Of a DNA stretch of 64,000 nt, positions 58,072 to 64,000 are shown one piece after another (position 1 is the first letter of the stretch; the number at the start of each line of letters is the position of its first letter). The stretch is taken from NCBI GenBank assembly GCA_041651115.1, contig JBAZJY010000002.1, positions 73,846 through 137,845 of the forward strand, read 5' to 3'. Source of the DNA: Candidatus Omnitrophota bacterium. GTDB taxonomy: Bacteria; Omnitrophota; Gorgyraeia; Gygaellales; Profunditerraquicolaceae. A program made the translations under genes and the position numbers. The notes under the pieces are model-generated. The model was not told the origin of the DNA, searched no databases, and saw only the letters and a list, made by a program, of their open reading frames with translations.

Positions 58072-58617
58072 ATGAAAGAACTGGTTCCGGAAGAGATCAT
58101 TGAGCGTAAGATTTTTTTGATTCGTGGGCAAAAGGTGATGCTAAGCACGCATCTGGCAGAATTATATGGCGTAGAAGCCAAAGTGCTTATTCAGGCGGTC
58201 AAGCGTAATATTAAAAGATTCCCGGAAGATTTTATGTTTCAACTTACTTGGCGGGAGGCTTTATGTTTGAAGTCACAAATTGTGACTTCAAGTTCAAGGT
58301 CACAATTTGTGACCTTGGGAAAAGGTAAGAATATTAAATATTTACCCTACGCTTTTACCGAACAGGGAGTTGCAATGCTTTCCAGTGTATTGAGAAGCGA
58401 TAGGGCGGTTCAGGTGAATATTGCTATTATGCGGGCTTTCGTAAAATTACGGCAGTTTTTATCTGCGCATAAGGAGCTTACGCATAAATTGGATGAGTTG
58501 GAACGCCGGGTTGCAATGCATGACGGCAAGATTAAGGATATATTTGAGGCAATAAGGCAGCTTATGGCGGCGCCGGTTGAAGAAAAGAGAAAGATCGCCG
58601 GCTTTAGCCGTATATAG
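58072..58617 (+). CDS. ORF6N-domain protein (phage antirepressor / KilA-N-related family).
   Basis: IERKIFLIRGQKVMLSTHLAELYGVEAKVLIQAVKRNIKRFPEDFMFQLT is a near-canonical ORF6N N-terminus. Confidence 0.8.
   Translation: MKELVPEEIIERKIFLIRGQKVMLSTHLAELYGVEAKVLIQAVKRNIKRFPEDFMFQLTWREALCLKSQIVTSSSRSQFVTLGKGKNIKYLPYAFTEQGVAMLSSVLRSDRAVQVNIAIMRAFVKLRQFLSAHKELTHKLDELERRVAMHDGKIKDIFEAIRQLMAAPVEEKRKIAGFSRI
58270..58316. repeat. Two tandem perfect palindromes (AAGTCACAAATTGTGACTT; AAGGTCACAATTTGTGACCTT) inside the ORF6N coding sequence.
   Basis: Read directly. They encode a duplicated SQIVTS/SQFVTL peptide. Confidence 0.6.
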
Positions 58618-58853
58618 CAACGTTCTTTCGCAATTTTGCGTCTGGCTTGTCTTGGCTTTTCGCAGGGACGCTCGCCCCGCCCAGCGTGCGCCTAACAAGA
58701 CGTTTTATATAACTCAATAATTCCCAAGGTATTATAAAACAAATCCGGGTTAATTCCGGAGATACGATATCTAATTGCAGCGTTTAAGCGGATGGATTGG
58801 GTTGGTTTGGAGCAGGGCGTAGGAGGCTTGGAGCCAGCCGGAGAAAGGAAGGT

Positions 58854-59327
58854 ATGCGTAAATTATTGACGAGTGTAATTTTATTATTATCTGTCGCAAG
58901 CCTTACAGCTCAAGCACGGGATAGTGATATAAAACTTTTGGGTTTTGAGAGTAGAAGTACAGGTTCTGTCACGGGGCGGGCCGATCCTGATAAGCCAGGA
59001 TTTTATTACGCTGAGGCTCCAAGGATAAGAGAAAAGAAGGTGGAATCCGGAGTATTAGTTATTACCGTAGCTAACATTTTCGCAAATTGTGCTCAGAAAT
59101 TTGAAGGTAGTATTGAAGTCAAAAGTGGTATTTTAAACCTTAAGTATATAGAAAAAGAAATGAACTGGAAAGAAATGATGCTTTGTAAAGGACAGCACAA
59201 TTTAATTTATAAAATAGAAGGAATCAAGGATATTGATCGTTATAAATTTCAATTAAACGGGGAAGACATAGATTCATCAATAAAATATACTGATGGAATT
59301 CGGACAGCCACCGCTCCTCATCAATAA
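58854..59327 (+). CDS. Small secreted hypothetical protein.
   Basis: Signal peptide MRKLLTSVILLLSVASLTAQA; RBS GGAGAAAGGAAGG. Confidence 0.45.
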   Translation: MRKLLTSVILLLSVASLTAQARDSDIKLLGFESRSTGSVTGRADPDKPGFYYAEAPRIREKKVESGVLVITVANIFANCAQKFEGSIEVKSGILNLKYIEKEMNWKEMMLCKGQHNLIYKIEGIKDIDRYKFQLNGEDIDSSIKYTDGIRTATAPHQ

Positions 59328-59355
59328 AATAATTCCGGGGACAGGGTACTTAATT

Positions 59356-60153
59356 ATGGGTATATTTAGAGGGCGGGTGATCGGGGTAACTGTGGTTCTG
59401 GCGGCGTTGTTGTTCGCGCCTTCTGCCGCCTTCACCGAGGAGCCGGCAGGAGAAGAATTTTTTGACGGCCTCCTGGGCCAGCTGGATAGTATGGATGTTT
59501 CAGTCAGAAAAAAAGCAGTCATTGAGCTGGCAAGCCAGATGCGGCGCAGCACGATAAACCCCAATCTTCCGAAAGCCAAGATAAGCGCAAGGCTTCAGGA
59601 ATTTATCGGGGAAGAGAAGGTAAAATCCATAAAAACACAAGCCATCCAGGCATTGGTCTATTATGACCAGCAAGAAGGAAAGCTTGATTATCTATCGGTT
59701 TTCCGGGATTTTCTTTCCTGCGTTGATGATACAAATATTTCTTTCCGCGACTCCGGGCTTATGGATGATATCCTTCAGGAAATTTTCAGCTTTGCCTGCA
59801 TAAAGGATGGCAAAAAACTAAGAGACGATATTTACGCTTTGCTTTGCAGCCAGATCAAAAACGGAACCTCCGAGCGCCGGCTGCGGAACCTGATCCGGAT
59901 CGTGGCTAAGGCATTCTATTATGATGAATTCAGGGACGATCGGCCGGCTGATCTCTTTGCCGTGATCGCCAAGGCCATATCCACAAACTCACAGTATTAT
60001 TTGTCGGATTATGCTGCCGGGATCCTTTTGCTTAATTATATCGGCGATTCTAAAATGCGCGACGGAAAAATCATCGTTGATATGGCTTTGCGAAGCTCGG
60101 ATAATGCAACGCGCTATGTGGCAACCCGGATCGCAGAGGAGTTGGAACAATAA
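59356..60153 (+). CDS. Secreted hypothetical alpha-helical (HEAT/ARM-like) repeat protein.
   Basis: Signal peptide followed by a repetitive helical sequence. Confidence 0.4.
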   Translation: MGIFRGRVIGVTVVLAALLFAPSAAFTEEPAGEEFFDGLLGQLDSMDVSVRKKAVIELASQMRRSTINPNLPKAKISARLQEFIGEEKVKSIKTQAIQALVYYDQQEGKLDYLSVFRDFLSCVDDTNISFRDSGLMDDILQEIFSFACIKDGKKLRDDIYALLCSQIKNGTSERRLRNLIRIVAKAFYYDEFRDDRPADLFAVIAKAISTNSQYYLSDYAAGILLLNYIGDSKMRDGKIIVDMALRSSDNATRYVATRIAEELEQ

Positions 60154-60195
60154 AAGTAAAACGTTAGGGACAGTCCCTATAAGACAGGAGAGGAA

Positions 60196-61752
60196 ATGGT
60201 TAAAATCAAGCGGGCGTTGATCAGCGTGTCGGATAAAACGGGAGTATTGGAACTGGCAAAAACCTTGAATAAATTCGGCGTGGAAATTCTTTCTACCGGC
60301 GGCACGGCAAAAATGATACGCGACCACGGTATTGCGGTAAAAGAAGTATCCGAGTACACCGGATTCCCCGAAATGTTAGACGGCAGGGTAAAGACCCTGC
60401 ATCCGCGGATCCATGGCGGCTTACTTGCCTTAAGAGACAAAGAGGAACATATGCGCGCATTAAAAAACCATGATATCGGCCTGATTGATATGGTGGTGGT
60501 TAACTTATATCCCTTCGAGCAAACGATCAATAAACCCGGGGTAACCATTGAAGAAGCCATTGAGAACATTGATATCGGCGGTCCGAGCATGCTGCGCTCT
60601 GCGGCAAAGAATGCCAGGTCAGTGGCAGTAGTCTGCAATCCTTCGCGCTACGGCCAGATCATTGATGAGCTGAATAGAAATGACGGCTATCTTCCTACGA
60701 AACTGATGCGCGAGTTAGGTCTGGAGGTATTTAAGACAACCAGCCATTATGACGGGATAATCTATAATTATTTTAAAAATCAATATGATCCGGGAGTAAA
60801 AAGCGCATTCCCTGCTCAAATGTCCATTAGTTTTGATAAACTGCAAGACCTGCGTTACGGCGAGAACCCGCATCAAAAAGCAGCCTTTTATAAGTTGGCA
60901 AACGAGGCAGCAGGATTGACTGCAATGAAGCAGCTTTGGGGTAAAGAGTTGTCGTTTAATAACATCCTTGACCTGAATGCCGCGGTAAATATCGTCAAGG
61001 AATTCGCGCTTCCGGCAGTAGTATTCATTAAACACAATAATCCCTGCGGCGTTGCCGAAAATAAAGATATGCTTAAGGCATACCGCGATGCCTGGAGCTG
61101 TGATAAGCTTTCCGCATTTGGCGGGGTATTAAGCATTAATAGAAAGGTTGATCTTGCTTTGGCAAAGTTAATTGCCAAGAGCGGGTTCCTGGAATGTATT
61201 GTTTGCCCGGGCTTTGTCCCGAATGCGCTTGAACTATTAAAAGCCAAGAAAAATTTAAGGCTTTTGGAACTTCCGGGCATGCTGGACAAGACCGCAGGCC
61301 TTGATTTTAAAAAAGTAAACGGCGGCTTATTACTGCAGGATGAAGATAGCCTGACGCTGGACGAGAACAACCTGAAGGTGGTAACTAAAATAAAGCCGAC
61401 AAAAGCGCAGATGGAATCACTCCTCTTTGCCTGGAAAGTGGCAAAACACGTTAAGTCAAACGCGATTATCCTTACCCGCGGCACAAAGACTGTGGGTATT
61501 GGCGCAGGCCAGATGTCGCGTGTTGATTCGGTATTTATCTCCACGAAGAAAGCCGGCAAATTAGCCCTTGGCTCTGTGCTTGCTTCAGACGCCTTCTTTC
61601 CCAAAGAAGACGCGATCCAACTGGCTGCCAAATACAAGATCAAGGCGATCATTCAGCCGGGCGGCTCCATTGCGGATGAACAGATCATCAAAATGGCTGA
61701 TAAACACAAGATCCCGATGGTTACAACCGGCATCAGGCATTTCCGCCACTAA
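60196..61752 (+). CDS. purH: Bifunctional AICAR transformylase / IMP cyclohydrolase.
   Basis: MGS-like N-terminus (ALISVSDKTG..LSTGGTAK) and the AICARFT domain; 518 aa. Confidence 0.92.
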   Translation: MVKIKRALISVSDKTGVLELAKTLNKFGVEILSTGGTAKMIRDHGIAVKEVSEYTGFPEMLDGRVKTLHPRIHGGLLALRDKEEHMRALKNHDIGLIDMVVVNLYPFEQTINKPGVTIEEAIENIDIGGPSMLRSAAKNARSVAVVCNPSRYGQIIDELNRNDGYLPTKLMRELGLEVFKTTSHYDGIIYNYFKNQYDPGVKSAFPAQMSISFDKLQDLRYGENPHQKAAFYKLANEAAGLTAMKQLWGKELSFNNILDLNAAVNIVKEFALPAVVFIKHNNPCGVAENKDMLKAYRDAWSCDKLSAFGGVLSINRKVDLALAKLIAKSGFLECIVCPGFVPNALELLKAKKNLRLLELPGMLDKTAGLDFKKVNGGLLLQDEDSLTLDENNLKVVTKIKPTKAQMESLLFAWKVAKHVKSNAIILTRGTKTVGIGAGQMSRVDSVFISTKKAGKLALGSVLASDAFFPKEDAIQLAAKYKIKAIIQPGGSIADEQIIKMADKHKIPMVTTGIRHFRH

Positions 61753-63119
61753 TGACTTATCCGCAGGCGATCAGCTACCTTGGATCGTTAATCAATTACG
61801 AAAGATTCAGCGGCTGGGCCTATAGGGAATCTTTTAGGCTGGAGCGCTTCCGGGATTTTTTGCATAGCATCGGCGATCCGCAAGCCGGGTTAAAATGCGT
61901 GCATGTTGCCGGCAGCAAAGGAAAGGGCTCTACCTGCGCGTTCATCAGCTATGTTTTGCGCAGGTTAGGATATAATGTCGGGCTTTATACCTCTCCGCAC
62001 TTATCAGATTTCCGGGAAAGAATACGCATATTAGGTGTCAGGTGTCAGGTGTCAGGTGTCAGGCAAGGTGGGGATTTTGAAGGGATGATCCCCAGGAAAG
62101 ACCTGGCGCGGTTAGTAACCGGGCTTAAGCCGGCAATAGATAAATTTCATCGGGCTAAAAAGCATGAGCCGCTGTCTTTTTTTGAAGTTTATACGGCGCT
62201 GGCGTTTATTTATTTTAAAGAAAAGAAAGTTGATTTCGCGGTTTTAGAAACAGGCCTTGGCGGAAGACTGGATGCCACTAATACGGTTGACCCGCTGGTA
62301 TGCGTGATCACGCCGATCAGTTATGAGCATACACAGCAATTAGGCAATACGCTTAAAGCGATTGCCGGGGAAAAAGCAGGGATCATTAAATCCAAAAGAT
62401 CCATCGTGATCAGCGCGGAGCAAAAAGAAGAAGTCGCCAGAGTGATCAGGGAAAGATGCAAGCACACAGGCGCAAGATTATATCGGGTTGGGAAAGATAC
62501 AAAGTATAAAGAAAACAGAAATGGAAGTTTCACGGTCCGGGGGATTAAAGCCGGCTACTCCGGATTAAGGATCAGGCTTTTAGGCCCGCATCAAATGGCT
62601 AATGCCAGCGCTGCCATTGCAGCAGTAGAAGCGTTGGGTTTTTACGGCAGTAAAGCTGCCGGTTCTATCAGGCAAGGGCTTTATGAGACGGTTTGGCCGG
62701 GAAGATGCGAGGTTATTTTGCGCAGGCCGACAATTGTTTTAGACGGCGCGCAAAACAGCGCTTCAGCCGGAGTTTTAAAGAAGGCGATCAGGGAGAACTT
62801 CTCCGCCGCAGGCGGATCCGCCTCCGGCGGAAAGTATAAGAAACTGATCCTTGTGCTGGGCATTTCCAGCGATAAGGATATCAAAGGCATTTGCCGGCAG
62901 TTCCGCGGCTTTGTTGACAGGGTTATCCTTACTAAAGCTGATAACCCGCGAGCAATAGATCCGGAAAAGCTGGCAGGAAATTTTTGCGGTAAAGAAATTT
63001 TTATCACAAAAAACGTTAAGGAAGCAGGGAGATTAGCCTTAATGCTTGCCGGCCAGGAGGATTTAATTGTCGTGACCGGTTCTTTATTTGTGGTCGGAGA
63101 ATTCAGGGATGAAAGATAA
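61752..63119 (+). CDS. folC: Folylpolyglutamate synthase / dihydrofolate synthase.
   Basis: P-loop HVAGSKGKGST and Mur-ligase-family motifs. Confidence 0.88.
   Translation: MTYPQAISYLGSLINYERFSGWAYRESFRLERFRDFLHSIGDPQAGLKCVHVAGSKGKGSTCAFISYVLRRLGYNVGLYTSPHLSDFRERIRILGVRCQVSGVRQGGDFEGMIPRKDLARLVTGLKPAIDKFHRAKKHEPLSFFEVYTALAFIYFKEKKVDFAVLETGLGGRLDATNTVDPLVCVITPISYEHTQQLGNTLKAIAGEKAGIIKSKRSIVISAEQKEEVARVIRERCKHTGARLYRVGKDTKYKENRNGSFTVRGIKAGYSGLRIRLLGPHQMANASAAIAAVEALGFYGSKAAGSIRQGLYETVWPGRCEVILRRPTIVLDGAQNSASAGVLKKAIRENFSAAGGSASGGKYKKLILVLGISSDKDIKGICRQFRGFVDRVILTKADNPRAIDPEKLAGNFCGKEIFITKNVKEAGRLALMLAGQEDLIVVTGSLFVVGEFRDER
62044..62073 (+). repeat. (GGTGTCA)x4 heptanucleotide tandem repeat inside folC.
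   Basis: Read directly. It encodes GVRCQVSGVR, an insertion-like segment. Confidence 0.8.
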
Positions 63120-64000
63120 GAGATTAGTTTTGGTTGCGGCAAGTTTTTTGGCTTTATTCCTTGAGCTTAGCCTTATCCGCTGGCTTCCCGCCCATGTTTT
63201 TTCCCTGGCTTTCTTTTCCAATATTGTCCTGATTGCTGCTTTCCTTGGCCTTGGCCTGGGCTTTATGGCGGCAAATTTAAGGCAGGAATTATTTGATTAT
63301 TTTATTTTTATTTTAGCCTGTTTCGTGTGTCTTGCCCTGGCCTTACGCGACCTGCGCATTGAAATTCCCTTTAACAACCAGACATGGCTATGGAGCTATG
63401 TTACGGGCAACAAGGGCCAGGCTTCTTTATTAAAAGTTTCCATTAGCCAGGCGATTGCCATAATTTTTGCCGCTGCCGCGCTGGTATTTATTCCGGTTGG
63501 CCAAAAGATCTGCCGGCTGATGAAAGAATTCAAGCCCTTGCCGGCCTATTCGTGGAATATCTTCGGAAGTTTGCTGGGGATCGTTATTTTCGCTGCCTTA
63601 TCGGTATTTTCCGCGCCGGCTTATCTGTGGTTTGCCATAATCGGGGCAATTGCTGTTTTGGTGATGAATAAGAAGCGGTTTTTGATTTCCAGTGTGTTGG
63701 TTATAGCCGCAGTAGCAATAGTTTTAAAATTTGTTGAAAAAGATACTTTATGGTCTCCGTATTACGCAATTAGAACCATAGTCAGCCCGTATAATGACGT
63801 TGCTGTTTATGTAAATCGTATGCCGCATCAAGTAGCGGTAAATTTTGAAAAAAATAAAGAGTTATACGAAAAATATTTACTTGCTTATCAATGGTTCAAA
63901 CCAAAGAAGATATTAATCATGGGCTCGGGCACAGGCAATGATGTTTTTGCCGCTTGGCAGGCAGGAGCAGAACATATTGATGCCGTAGAGATTGACCCGG
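63109..64000 (+). CDS. Membrane-anchored spermidine/spermine-synthase-family protein (3'-partial, runs off the window).
   Basis: ATG at 63109 with no stop to the window end. N-terminal multi-TM region, then ILIMGSGTGNDV..AVEIDP (SpeE-like SAM-fold motif). Confidence 0.6.
   Translation, partial: MKDKRLVLVAASFLALFLELSLIRWLPAHVFSLAFFSNIVLIAAFLGLGLGFMAANLRQELFDYFIFILACFVCLALALRDLRIEIPFNNQTWLWSYVTGNKGQASLLKVSISQAIAIIFAAAALVFIPVGQKICRLMKEFKPLPAYSWNIFGSLLGIVIFAALSVFSAPAYLWFAIIGAIAVLVMNKKRFLISSVLVIAAVAIVLKFVEKDTLWSPYYAIRTIVSPYNDVAVYVNRMPHQVAVNFEKNKELYEKYLLAYQWFKPKKILIMGSGTGNDVFAAWQAGAEHIDAVEIDP

Noticed and set aside
58618-58853. Possible small RNA or hairpin (tccgg-gttaat-tccgga) in the ORF6N to secreted-protein intergenic region.
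   Set aside because: It is only a 5-bp stem with no terminator or promoter context, which is too weak to call.

Overview
The window is a bacterial chromosomal segment, almost entirely + strand. Gene content (Chlamydia/spirochaete-type V-ATPase operon, a giant ORF, a eukaryote-like hexokinase) suggests a PVC-superphylum or Omnitrophota-like organism, but that is inference. It opens with the 3' ~9.1 kb of a giant ORF (>3,050 aa, N-terminus outside the window). This carries two GHKL (HATPase_c) modules, an HExxH motif, a vWA domain with a MIDAS motif, and seven module junctions marked by an invariant CAGCTCGCCG DNA 10-mer encoding SSP, three of them followed by signal-peptide-like segments. It is the best candidate for a novel system. 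Downstream is a mosaic pyrimidine cluster (pyrR-pyrB-pyrC ... pyrK-pyrD-pyrF) interrupted by an EndoQ homolog, tRNA-Arg, a structured ~85-nt repeat, a LOG-family gene, the C-terminal half of a split carB, fpg and two membrane proteins. Then come a Chlamydia-type V-ATPase operon (E, DUF2764-like, A, B, inserted secreted protein, D, I, K), tRNA-Val and tRNA-Asp, and a cell-envelope glycan cluster (GT4, WecA/MraY-like, FAD oxidoreductase, GT-C, GT2, convergent radical-SAM/SPASM). After that: tRNA-Leu with a CsaA-like tRNA-binding protein, a YkgJ-family protein and a putative DUF2156-like (motif-based) protein; a second copy of the repeat; a DEDD exonuclease with a WYL-like tail; pabB and pabC; a transglutaminase-like lipoprotein; a PilZ protein; an HhH-GPD glycosylase; a hexokinase; a beta-barrel protein; an M20 peptidase; a PAC2-family protein; a HAD hydrolase; and rex. 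The last stretch holds two tandem Ddl-like ATP-grasp ligases with a lysine 2,3-aminomutase-family radical SAM enzyme, a divergent EF-G paralog, a YchF-like protein with a degenerate P-loop, an ORF6N protein, purH, folC and a partial membrane spermidine-synthase-like gene. Three 28-bp in-CDS tandem repeats stand out, in pyrK, folC and the carB tail (where it frameshifts the C-terminus). Coordinates hand-derived from the printed sequence may be off by 1-2 nt.
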